Assembly: GCF_009914755.1 (NCBI RefSeq)
Contig: NC_060935.1
Length of the DNA: 64,000 bases
Direction: 5' to 3' (one strand)
DNA from: the human T2T-CHM13v2.0 reference genome, Homo sapiens
In this document: in pieces, positions 28,691 to 40,831 of the stretch
How positions within the stretch are numbered: position 1 is the first letter of the stretch
How the letters are laid out: each line of letters begins with the position of its first letter
Notes under the pieces: generated by a model
Told to the model about the DNA's origin: nothing
Seen by the model: the letters and a program-made list of their open reading frames with translations, nothing else
The model's database searches: none
Translations under genes and position numbers: made by a program

Positions 28691-31600
28691 AATTTCATGT
28701 CTTTTAAAGAAAGTTGAGAGAAGAAAGGAAAGCAAGTATATATTCATAGTTTTTGTTATAATAAACTTCTTACTTACTATTTCTGGTTTTCTTTCTTTCT
28801 TTCTGTGGATTCAAATTACCGTCTAGAGTAATTATCTTAGCCCAATACAGCTCTGCTTCCACCCACCTCTTTTCTACTGTTATTGGCAAATATATTATAT
28901 TTATATATGTTATATGCCCTAAATTACATACACATTGTTTTTTACAACTGCTTTTAAACCAGTTAAAGGAAGGGAGAAAATATGCATTTATTCTATCTTT
29001 TATAATTACATAATTACCTTTACCAGTTTTTTTTTTTCCATGGGAGTTCAGATTGCATTCTGGGGTCACTTGTTTTCAGTCTGAATAAATTCATTCTTTC
29101 TTGTAGGGTGGATCTGCTAGAAACAAAGTCTCTTAATTTTTGTTTATCTGAGAATATTTTTAGCTTCACTTTTGAAGATAGCTTTGTTGTACATAGGCGT
29201 TTGGTTGACTTTTAGTTTTTTCTTTGAGCACTGAAATGATTATTCCCCCTCCTTTCAGCTTCTGTTGTTTCTTATGAGAAACTAATTTTATTGGGGTACC
29301 TTTGTAAGTGATGAGTCTTTTTTCTCTTTACGCTTTTCACATTTTTTTTCCTGTGCTTGGATTTTAATATTTCTACTATGATTTATCTGGATTTCTTCAT
29401 GCTTATTGTACTTAGTGTTCATTGAGCTTCCTGGATATGCAGATTGTTGCTTTTCATTATATATATTTGGGATGTTTTTAGTCATTATTTCTACTGATAC
29501 TTTTAATGCTCTCTCTCTCATTCTCTCTGCTGCTTCTCGTATTCCCATTAAGCATATATTAGTGTGCTTAATGGTGTTTTACATTTCTCTGAATCTTTGT
29601 TCATTTCTCTTTATTATTTTTCTCTCTGTTTTCTGGCTTCATGCTCTGTATTGATTTATCTTTATCTTTACATTTGCTAATTCTTTCTTTGATCAATTAA
29701 AATCTACTTTTGAGTCCCTTTAATATTTTTCATTTAAGTTATTGTATTTTGAACTCCAGAATTTTTATTTGTTCTATTTCTCTTTATTGATATTCTTTAT
29801 TTGATGCAACATTGTCATCATACCTTCTTTTGCTTCCTTAGTCATGAATTCTTTTAGTTCTTTGAACACAATTAAAATGGATATTTTAAAGTCATTGTCT
29901 GTTGCTAAAATCTGATACATGGTTGCTCTCACAAGCTGTTGTTGTTTTCTAACCTGCTTTTTTTCTTGATGTATGGGCCATGCTTTCATGATTCTTTGTA
30001 TGTCTTGTAATTTTTTGTTAAAAGCTAGGCATTATAGAGAATATATCTTAGCACCTGGGTGCTGGTTTTCATCTCCCTCCAGGGCATGTTATTATTATTT
30101 GCTTGTTTGTTTAGTGACTGGCCAGAAAATTTTAGTGAAGTCTATTGTGTCTTCTGTGGTGTCAAGTCTCACTACACTCAGATAACAGTGTTTTGGGCAG
30201 GGTTCTCTTTAATTGTCTCTTTCCCTGGCCACACCTAGCCATTCAGCTCCACTAATTGCTGACAAATTGTTGTGTTGTTTTCAATAATGCCCTGGGGCCT
30301 AAATTGTTCTGTAGACTAACCCACTCATATTTGGGGTCTTTTATAGAAATAGTTCAGAGGGTCAATCAGTGTCTCAGATTTGTCCTGATCTATGCTTGCT
30401 CCTTTCAGCTGTTTCTTTCCTACATTTTCTGCTTTTTCCCCTAGGCATAATCTCTGAGGCAGGGCTCTGAAGCTGGAAGTGGGCACAATGGCTGCTTGTC
30501 TTTGAGTGACACCCCCACTGTAGAAATTAAGTACTCAGTGAGGAGTGAGAAATGGGTAGTAGCCTCAGCTCTTCTTAGCTTATTCTTCCTAGTGTGGAAC
30601 CATGACCTTATGGGTTGGGGCAGTGTCAGCTGAGACTCCTGTATTTTCGGCAGTGTCACAACCAAGGTTGATCTTCCATCTCACAGGTAAGGACTGGCAA
30701 GAAGAAGGAAGCCCCTCACTTTTAGCCATACTAACTTGAAACTTAGCTCCAGCAACAAGTAGCTGGGGAAAGAATAAGACGTGCTGACATCCTGCACTTT
30801 CTGGGAAGATAGCCCTCTGACTGGAAGCTGAGAAAAAAGAAAGCCTTGTGTTCTTGGCTGCCCCAGTCTGGAGCAGAGTTTCTATGTCATTGGGCTGGAC
30901 AGGGGTGGTAGGGAGCAGATCTCAGTTCAAATACCAGAAACCCTGTCTGTTATTACCAAATTGTAATTGATTTTCTCAAGTAAATGTTTCTTTTTTTCCT
31001 ATATATCCTTAGAGCTATTTTTAGAGACTTTAAATGGTTCTCTTCACCAGTTTTGCTAGAAAGTAGTTCCACAGAGCTCAAGCTGTTACGCTAGAAATCC
31101 ATTGTCACTATAAAATATTAATAAGGAAATTTTAAAAAGCTGCATAATATTCTATTTTATCAATTAATATGATAATCATAATTATTCCTATATTACTAAG
31201 CTTATAATTTGATTTTAGTTTTTCACCATTAACCATAACTCCACAGTGAACATATTTGTGCTTAAAGATTTTACCACATCTCTATTATATTTTTAGCTGT
31301 GGTATTGCTGTGTCAAAGAATATTGGTTTTTTGTTCGTTTTATACACACTGCCACAGTACTTTAGAGAAATGCTATAGCAGCTCCTAAAAATATATTCCC
31401 CCTTTACTATGCAAAATACTATCATAAAGGTTATTAAATTCATAACTTGTTGAAATGATTATTTTTATTTCAAATGAGGTAATATATGTTTTATATATTT
31501 ATTTGAATATCCTCTTTTGTATAAAATCAGTTATTGACTTTGTAAATGTTTAATGAGACCCTAAGAAATTTTACATTATTTTGTATTCTTCATAAATTTA

Positions 31601-31884
31601 GAATATTAATTTCTCATATGCATTACTTTTTCATTCACCTTTTCATTTGTCCTTTTCCTTTACAATATTTTAGGTACAGAAGTCTTTTTTTATGTTACTG
31701 AGCACTAATCTTTTTTCTCCTTTTCTATTGTTTTTAAACTTAGAAATTCTTATAACTCGTCTCTGATAAATATTTAATAATGAGTTCTAGGTTTTTTTTT
31801 GTCTTAGTAAACTCTTTAATATACCTGATATTTACTGGATTACAAGTGGAAATTTAATTTCTGCTTATCTCATAAAACTAAACT

Positions 31885-32060
31885 TTTTTTATTTTTTATT
31901 TTTTATATTTTAAAGACAAGACCTCACTGTGTCGTTAAGCCTGGATTGCAGTAGCATGATCATAGCTCACAGTAACCTTGAACTCCTGGCCTCAAGTGAT
32001 CCTCCCACCTCACCTTCCCAAAGTGCTGGAATTACAGGAATGAGCTACTATGCTCAACTT
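31885..32060 (-). mobile_element. Alu monomer (FLAM/FRAM-like), antisense
   Basis: Diverged Alu arm sequence after a T-rich tail. Confidence 0.7.
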
Positions 32061-33164
32061 TATTATTCAATACTTAATGCATTACCAGTATTAAATTATC
32101 TGTGGATTGCTAGAACAAACTGAATAGTCATTGGGATGGGGCATTTAGTATTTCTTATATTTCATTTGCTTGAAATTTATTCAGAGTTCACATCTATTTT
32201 AATTATGGATTTAGTGGCATGTTTTTGGAATTAGTTTTAGTTTCAGATTTGTTACCCTTATAAAATGAATTGGATAAACATTCTATGCTCTATAAAGAAA
32301 AACACAGGAGGATCAGCTGTTTCTTGAAATAGACTACAAAGTCATTTGATTCTAATATAATTTTTATACCTAATTCTTGGAGAATGGTTTTTAATTGTTT
32401 AATGAACCTTAATCTATTCAGATTTTAATTTTTTTCTTGGTTTGTTCTTGTGATTAATACATTTCTAATAAAAAAGTCCATTTTATATAGATCAGTGGCT
32501 TTCATACTTTAGTTACATTAAATTACTTTGGGTCTGTGAAGAGTTAGATATTACAAATTTAAAATATAGGTTTATCTGTGTCATCCTCCACCGCTTGTCA
32601 CTCTTCAGCAGTAGTATAGCGAGTTTCTTCTTTTCTTCCTGTTTTATAATCATAAGCAAAAACAGTTGCTGAATATAAAAACATATAAGTATTCTGAAGC
32701 TGATAGTATTCAAAACGTCATAGTATTTATGCATGAAATAGAAAGTTTCTACTCTCAGAATCACCTAGATCAGATACTGCAGATGTTTTTAGCTTCTATT
32801 AATCTCAGTTCTTCACAGATCATGCTATTTTCTCCTAGTCTTACCAAGACTCCAATATCACCTGTTTGCATCTGCATAAAGCGTTCATTTTATTTAATTT
32901 TACCATGGTTCTTATCCTGGTTATTCTCAATCATCACCATGAATGCAAGTCCTCCCCTAACTCCATCCCTAAGTTCTGCACTGTCCATACTCACATACTC
33001 AAACTGCTGTGTGCTGTTTCCACGATGCTCCCGTGCTCTAATGACCCATTTCCCAGCTCTTCCTATTGTCTTCTGTAAAAACTCTTGGACAAAGGCAATG
33101 CTATATGTAAACCAAATTATGTTTTATTTTATTTCCCTGAAAACAAATAGAATATTTTTGACTG

Positions 33165-33447
33165 CTTAATAGTTGCTTTGGGAACACGCTACTGGGTTCT
33201 GGCCAAAGGGATATGGATATAAGGTGAAGTGATGCAAATCACTCTGGAGGACAGCTCACAAAATCAACCCAAGTGACCTTCCTGTCCTCTCTTCCCCTGA
33301 CATGGGGACTCTGGAAGCTACTGAGGGAGTCTCCCATTCCATCTAAAACTTTTCATGACTGAGAAATTAATCTTTGTTGTGTTTATCCACCACAGCTTTG
33401 GGTTTACTTGTTATCATGGCATAGTCTATTCTATACCGACTAATATA
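33165..33447 (+). mobile_element. MLT1 (ERVL-MaLR) LTR fragment
   Basis: 'gggttctggccaaagggatatg...gagaaattaatctttgttgtgttta...gactaatata' resembles the MLT1 3' end. Confidence 0.6.
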
Positions 33448-36026
33448 ACTCTCCCTGTATTTTGTTGTAAATAAAGACTCATACAACCTTACCTTTTTTG
33501 AATGTTACTTCCACTTTCTGTCTTAACTGATTTTTTTCTTTAAACAGAATTTGTATTTTTTTAATCTTAAAATTCTGTACGTTAAAAAAACTAGGTATGT
33601 TATTACCTATTGGTTGTCAAGTTAATTGTTGATAATGTCTCCAACTTTTCAAATAACCCAGAAATGCAAATGTTTTTGTAAAGTTTACCATTTTAAAAAT
33701 ATTGAAATTAACTTAATAGAAAAAGTAAATCTATCTTCCAAAACCCACCCATAGAGAGCCAGGTTTGAGCTTCTTCAGTTCATTACTTCTAGTCTTCCAA
33801 ACCTTCTCTCCTGATGAAGTCCAAGCAGCTCTTATCCTAGTCCCTTTAAACCATCTATTCTTACAATCATGCATGAATATTCACTGAAATATTTGGTAGA
33901 AAGGGTACATTTTTCCTGCAACCCAAGCCTACTACAACCTTCGGTGAGCTTAAAGTCTTCAGCGATGAGCCATTTATCACCCGAGCCTCAAAGCATTCAT
34001 GCATGTGGTTCAACTTCATTTGATTTCAGGTTCACCAGCCAGGACCATCTCTTGGGTCCTGCCTTCACCCTTACCTGCCCACTTCTGAACATTCAAACAT
34101 GAATCTCTCACTCTCAATTTAATGTTTACTTCTAGATCTGTCATTTCATTCTCTCACTAGACTTTCTCTTCTACCTCATTAAAATTGCATCCATTTTTTC
34201 ACTGTTTTCTCCTGGCTTTGCCTTCTTCTCTATTTGGCTTTGAATATGTAACACCTTTAGTTCTACTTTCTATGTATTAAGCATAGGTTTATGGGTGCCT
34301 AGTCCCATCACTTCCATGTCCTCAGCCTAATGTTTTCCTAGAGCATGCTCCATGCTGGCTATTCACACACTTATCACAAAGGAAACTCTGACATAAGACA
34401 ACATGTTCAAAGCCCTTAAAACACCAGCCTCCTGTCTTTATCTGTTCTCGTGCATCCTCACTCCTTTCATACACAGTCAAACTTCAGCCATTTCATAACA
34501 CTAAAATGCTAAAAGAATTATTTTATGATTTGTGTTTCTATATCTTTGCGTAAGCATCCTTCACTTCCTCTTCTAGCCTCTCATTGAGAGATAATGGTGG
34601 GACAATCATATGATTTTTGGAGACGAGAGTCTGTGGCTGTTCTGATCTCATCATTCTCAGAGTCTCAGTTGTATTATTTATAATAATTCATAGACTTCTG
34701 ATTATTGTAAGAATTAAATGAGATAATTTGCACAAAGTATCTTACTATCAGGTCTGTGATAGGCTCTCAGAAAAAGAAAACTGTGTATCATTCCATTCTT
34801 ACCAGCATAGTTCTGTTATCCTCTATTCTGGGATATTCTCCTTAATCCAACCTAACTGCACTGGTTTCTTCTTGTTTCCTATCACTAGTTTCATTAGAAC
34901 ATAATTATTATTAAGCTTAAAATAGTGGTTTGGAATTTGTTCATGTAACCCTCCCCAGCCCAAATTCACATAAACACTATACTGTGAACTCCTGTGGACA
35001 GAAATCTACATTATTAGCTCTGTATTTCAGGCATGTAGGTTGCCAAATGCATTTTTTAATTAAGTGAAATGCATTGTGTCTGTACATAACCAATTTTGTT
35101 TTTTCATTTTACATCTTTTAGGTCCAATAATCAGCATCAATGTTATACTTAATAAATTGAATTGCTTAATGAGCCAAATTACACAACACATACATTCACA
35201 CATTCATTCCTTTAACAGACTAAGTAAGGTCTTAGATCTTATGTGCAATTGTGGGAGAAAAGAAAACCCTGTCTAGCTACGTTCACCCAATTCTAGGGTT
35301 GTATTTCCAGGGCTAGAACTCGTTGGTTCCCACATACACATTTAGGTCTGTGTCATCATTATCATCTGAGGCTGTGTTGAGTAGCTCTTCCCTATTCCTT
35401 GACCCTAGCTCAGATATCCTGACTGGTGGTGAGGCTGCCTGCTAAAAGAACTAGCTACATGCCAGACTATCTAATTTGATTTGGGAGCAAAGAAGGGAAA
35501 CAGCTGATGACTTGCAAGAAGAGAAATAACATGGGGACCAGGAATCATGGCATAGGAAATGAGCTGTGGATCTCTAGCATATAGGACAAAGAGGCGAGTG
35601 GTTAGCATACAATAAGGGCAAAGATAAAGGACTTAAAGGGAGGAGGTGTAAGCAACCCATTCTAGGTGTCTAACGTTCTGACTCATTCTTTCCAATCTTA
35701 CCTAAATATGAGGAAAAATTATGAAATGTGGGCAGAAAGAATGGAAAGTTGAGTGCTAAATCAATTTTATTAAGCCACAGAAAAGGAATATTTCCACAGT
35801 GAGACAGGATGGTATAACACGGTGGTTTTGAATAAGAGGAAAGGAGAAATGGATGAATGTAGTGAAAAAAATCTTACAGAAATGATATAAACTATTTCAG
35901 GGGATAAAAGCATTATGAAACAATTTCGTTCTATCTATTGTAACTTCCTATATGGCACTCTTTGTTCAGCTCCTGCTTCCCCATTTAATGAACTAATTTA
36001 AATTACATCCAAAGTAGATTATGTGT

Positions 36027-36845
36027 TGAAGTGGGAAAAGTTCCCTTAGCCCCCTCACAGGGTGTGCGAAGGGGGTGTGGCTCGCTTCTACGGTGCCCAG
36101 CTGCTCAAACCTCTAGGGGGAGCTTGCAGACCGGCAGGCTGTGGGGCTCCGACCTCATGGCAGCGTCTAAGGGTGGATGTTTACAGCTGAAGCTCCAGTG
36201 GGCGTGTGTTACAGTGCGCTCTTTCAGTTTAGCCGTCCGTTGGCAGCTTGTGTTAATCAGCTTAATTAGACCCTCTGCCTTACAGCAAGGGTGGAGGACT
36301 CTCTGTATCCCGGGGTTCTTGCCTTGGTGTACTAGAAGAATCAGATCACATATGGGCTTGGAGAATGAGTGCCAAATTTTATTGAATGGTGGAAATAGCT
36401 CTCAGCAGACGGATGGGGAGCCAGAAGGGGAGCGGGAAGGTGGTTTTCCCATGGAGTCAGCTCAGCGGCGTGACTCTCCTCTGACAGCTCCAGCTAAACT
36501 CCGCTTCATTCCACTGGTCAATGGCCTGCCGGCGTCTGCTGGTGCCGTTCGGTGTGCTCTTCAACCGAAGTGTTCCTCTTGATGTCTAGCCGCTTCTGTG
36601 TTCTCCTGCTGATGTGTTTCTCACGATGTCCAGCTGCTGTGTCCGTGCGCACTAGGGTCTCAGGGTTTTTATAGGCACAGGATGGGGACATGGTGGGCCA
36701 GGGTGGTCTTGGGAAATGCAACATTTGGACCTGAAGGCAGGAGTGCCTGTTCTCCCCTAGTTCCATGGGCACAGGTCCAGGGGTGGAGCCCTCCCCAGGG
36801 ACCCGCCGTTCTCCTCCCAGCCCTTCCTTGCCCCCTCCCATATCA
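36027..36845 (-). mobile_element. LTR1-family (ERV1) solo LTR, antisense
   Basis: About 820 bp GC-rich with TG...CA termini; the reverse strand begins TGATATGGGAGGGGGCAAGG, has a TATA box (CCTATAAAA, rc ~36666-36675) and ends GGGAACTTTTCCCACTTCA. Confidence 0.75.
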
Positions 36846-37104
36846 GTACTGTGCAGAAAAATTGAATTATGAAATTATAGTGAAAAGGTCATTACATGTT
36901 AGCCAGTTCACATTTTCTCCCAGTGGAGAACCCACTCTGCTTGGTCCCTCATGTCTATTTAGCTACCTTCCGTAGAGCAGAAATCTTACACCGCCAGCAT
37001 AGTTTGTGTCACAGCTATCATATTCACACACCCTACTTCATGTTATGGAATAAAATGGAGCCCTAACCAAATTTGTTTAATTATACAAAAATAAAGTTTA
37101 GTTA

Positions 37105-37388
37105 CTTTTTTGAGGTTCTTGCTCTGTCTCTCGGGCTAGAATGCAGAGATACAATCCTAGTTCACTGCAGCCTCAACCTTCTGGGCTCAATCGATCCTCT
37201 CACCTCAGCCTTCAAGTAGCTGAAACTACAGGCATGTGACACCATGCCCAGCTAAGTTTTATATTTTCTGTAGAGACAAGGTTTTACCATGTTGCCCAGG
37301 CTGGTCTCAAACTCCTGGGCTTGAGTGATCCTCCTGCCTTGGCCTCCCAACGTGCTTGGATCACAGGTGTGAGCCACCACACCTGGCC
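37105..37388 (-). mobile_element. AluJ, antisense
   Basis: Diverged dimer. Confidence 0.88.
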
Positions 37389-37590
37389 TAGTTCCATTTT
37401 TAAAACTGTTTACTTGCTGACATATCTATTTGCTGAAGGTTTTAGAATGCTCCTGTCAGAATAAAGTTTAAAAAAAGGCTGTAATTATTTTTAATAATTT
37501 TATTTTTGTAGGTTTTCACATTTTGAATGTTAATTCTTGTTTCAAGAGGATTTCTGATTATAAGTAGAATATCCTTTTGTGACTATGAGA

Positions 37591-37623
37591 GTGTGTGTGT
37601 GTGTGTGTGCGTGTGTGTGTGTG
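37591..37623. repeat. (TG)n microsatellite
   Basis: Visible directly. Confidence 0.9.
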
Positions 37624-38082
37624 ACTGTTCTCATGGTGGAGGCTTAGGAAAGTAATAGTAATAGTAGTGTTCTTTCATAGTGGCCTCAGATGAGGAAGTG
37701 GGAAAGACTATAAATATCTTTCCTGCTTATAGCATGTTAAAAAGCACTTATGTGTGAATCAGCAAAATACCGGGGTTCTAACAGTGGTTCCACTAATAAT
37801 AGCCTGTGTGGTCCTGAATAAATTATTTTGTCTCTATGGCTTTAGTTCTAATATTTGTAAAATGAAGAGGTTGAACTAGATCATTTTAGAGGATTCTTTC
37901 ACATCTACAAATTGTGTACCATTACAGGAATTTTCATTTACAGGAAGATGTTCATGACTTTGGGGAAAAAAAGTGTCTAGAGGTCTTCTAATTTCTGATT
38001 TTGGTAGGGCAATGATATTTCCATTTCCAGTAGTACTCTTGATTTTGAAATCCCGCTCTTGAAACAGGACTCCGAATTAAGG

Positions 38083-38116
38083 TGAAATACCTAACATCGG
38101 CCGGCAGATGGCACTA
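38083..38116 (+). promoter_or_regulatory. CTCF binding site (core plus upstream motif)
   Basis: CGGCCGGCAGATGGCACTA (38098-38116) fits the CCRSYAGRKGGCRS core; TGAAATACC (38083-38091) lies 6 bp upstream, resembling the TGCARTNCC upstream motif. Confidence 0.7.
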
Positions 38117-38904
38117 TTGGGGCACCGACAACCAGATTCCTCTTCACTAACAAGTAGCTTGCAATAAAGACCCTGGAGCTGAATCAATAGGATAAAGAAT
38201 GGTTGAAATTATTATTAGAACTGTGTTAGAGAGGTCTGTGATGCTTATGATTTCTGATGGCACCACCATGTGCTATAGTCTTTCTAGAGAGCCAGTTAAA
38301 TAACCAGTCAATTGCTACCATTTTTACCAATTGGTGTCAGTAGACGCACGACTCTTTGTGTGTAAGCAGCCATTGGGTTCACAAGGTGTTTCAGGTAAGA
38401 ATGGAGAAAGTCTTGATGGAAATACAGCTGGCAAAGGTCACAGGACCCTGCCTGTGTTTACAGACTGCACAAGAACCACTTGGTGCTAAAAGCACGTGGC
38501 CGACAGATCGGCTTCAGCACGTACCTTCATCATTCCTCTTCTGAGCTAGCAGAGAAGGGAATTTGACTTCTTTTTTTTTCCTTCCATAGAGCGGGGCTTG
38601 AATTCCTTTGGCAGGGAGTCCCCAAAGTTAATTTTAACCCAGGAAATTGTGCATTAATAACGTGATACGAGTTTTGCTTTCAACAAAAGAAAACAGAATA
38701 AAAGGAATTTCCCAGCTACAGGATATTCTGACTATTCTGTGACATACAGTTTGATAAAACTTACACTAAATCTGACGGAAAGGTTTGTTTGTGATGGAGA
38801 AGGAAAGAGAGAAGTGCTTGTCCTTTTGTCTTATGTAGTCCCGCAGGAATACACTGACTTATTTCTACCTTTTCCACATCTTTTCCTTTTTCTTTCTTTC
38901 TTGT

Positions 38905-39236
<332 letters not shown>

Positions 39237-40027
39237 TCCTTTTTCTTTCTTCTATTTTCCCATAACTCATACATATTTTTGTTTCATTTTGCTTTTCCTA
39301 AAAGATCTCTGACGTATATCTTTTCCTTTCTTCTCCAAATCAAAAACGCTAAGTAAACTTGAAACTGATAGAGGTAAGAAACAACTTACTTTCTCCTCCA
39401 TTTTAATTCCTGGTTGCAAGTAAAAACATCCTATTATATTCCTCATTTTGCATTTGTTAAAATTCCTCCTGCGCTTTTCACTATTTTCAAAGTTTTAAGT
39501 TTCTTTCTGTGAAAACTTGCTTATCTCCAGATCTTAGTCTTAAGATTTTTTGCCTTTTTTATTAACAATTGCTACCAATTAGGAATCTCAGAAAAAATGA
39601 AAGAGAAAAGATTTCCCCTTCCCGTAACACCATAGCGGTAAATAGCATTTGGAATTGTCAGAACCTTTTTGATAAAATGATGTAGGAAAACATTCACAAA
39701 ACTATGGGCCTTGAGAAAATGTACGGTGTTGCACTTCTTTTCTTTATAATTTTTATAAAATCGTCCCCTTGAACTTTCCTTAATAATGCAAACTTTTAGG
39801 ACACTCACCTTGATTGGAAAAATTGTTCTACGTCCTCTAAAATGTAATGCTTCATCTCTAAAATATGTTTTGCTATCTGGTTGTTTTAGTTAATAATATG
39901 TTACCTTAGTTTCAGTTTTTACACATAAATTTCTATTTTTCTGAAACTATAAATACTCCAAAGAATTCTTTTAGACAGAACTATTTTCCTCTTCTTGGAA
40001 CTACCTTTGCAAAGATTAGAACACTAG

Positions 40028-40175
40028 CCGCAGCTACTCAGGAGACTGAACAGGAGAACCGGGAGCTTGAACCGGGAACCAGAGGTTGCAGTGAGCCGAG
40101 ATCGCACCACTGGACTCCAGCCTGGTGACAGAGTGAGTCTCCATCTCCAAAGAAAAAGAAAAGAAAAAAAGAAAA
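40028..40175 (+). mobile_element. Alu right-arm fragment
   Basis: 'cagctactcaggag...gaggttgcagtgagccgagatcgcaccactg' followed by an A-rich tail. Confidence 0.85.
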
Positions 40176-40831
40176 TGATGGCAGTGAAATACATCTGATC
40201 TAATGAGCCTGATGGAGGGCAGGAAAGCCCCAAAATTGAAAGCTTAATCCCAAACTTATGACCATCAGAAAAATTTTTAACAAGTAATATAAAAAGGTTT
40301 TCCTTTCACAGTGATGTAAAAATAATCTGGGAAAAGACATAAGAATATAACTATGTTCCTTTGCGTTTATAAAGCAGGGAAATAACCAAGATTATACACA
40401 TATGAATGAACCATACATATGAAATAAGTGTCTTAGTTGAGATGATAGTTTAAAGTGATTGTTCATTAATGTAAACTCTTAAAGAAAAATATTTCTATTA
40501 ATGGGTTAAGAATAATTTGACTTATTCATAAAATGAATTTTTATAGTCATTCAAGTTGAGGCAGCTATCTGTTACTGATGTGAGAAAAAGCTTTAGGGAA
40601 TAGGAAAATTAGAGTATAGTATCATAGCTATAATGTTATTTACTTGTGTAAATTTGTGTGTGTAGCATATGCGTGTGTCTTTGGTGGAAAGATGATCACC
40701 AAATTGTTGAGTGGTTATTGCTCGATAGATTTCAGTAGATTAAAAACAATTATTGTTTGTATTTTTCTTTATTGATAGTATCTTTACAAATTCAACATTA
40801 GCACATTTCAATATAAAACATTAAATTGTTT

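Noticed and set aside
32666-33169. 167-aa ORF in AT-rich sequence
   Set aside because: No recognisable motif, no OR similarity in this frame, and no supporting splice structure; likely chance or old repeat.
36031-36975. 183-aa and neighbouring ORFs
   Set aside because: Inside the LTR1-like solo LTR; no protein motifs.
40199-40217. TCTAATGAGCCTGATGGAG composite-like motif
   Set aside because: Only about 15/19 with a poor Ebf half, adjacent to an Alu fragment, and no supporting cluster.
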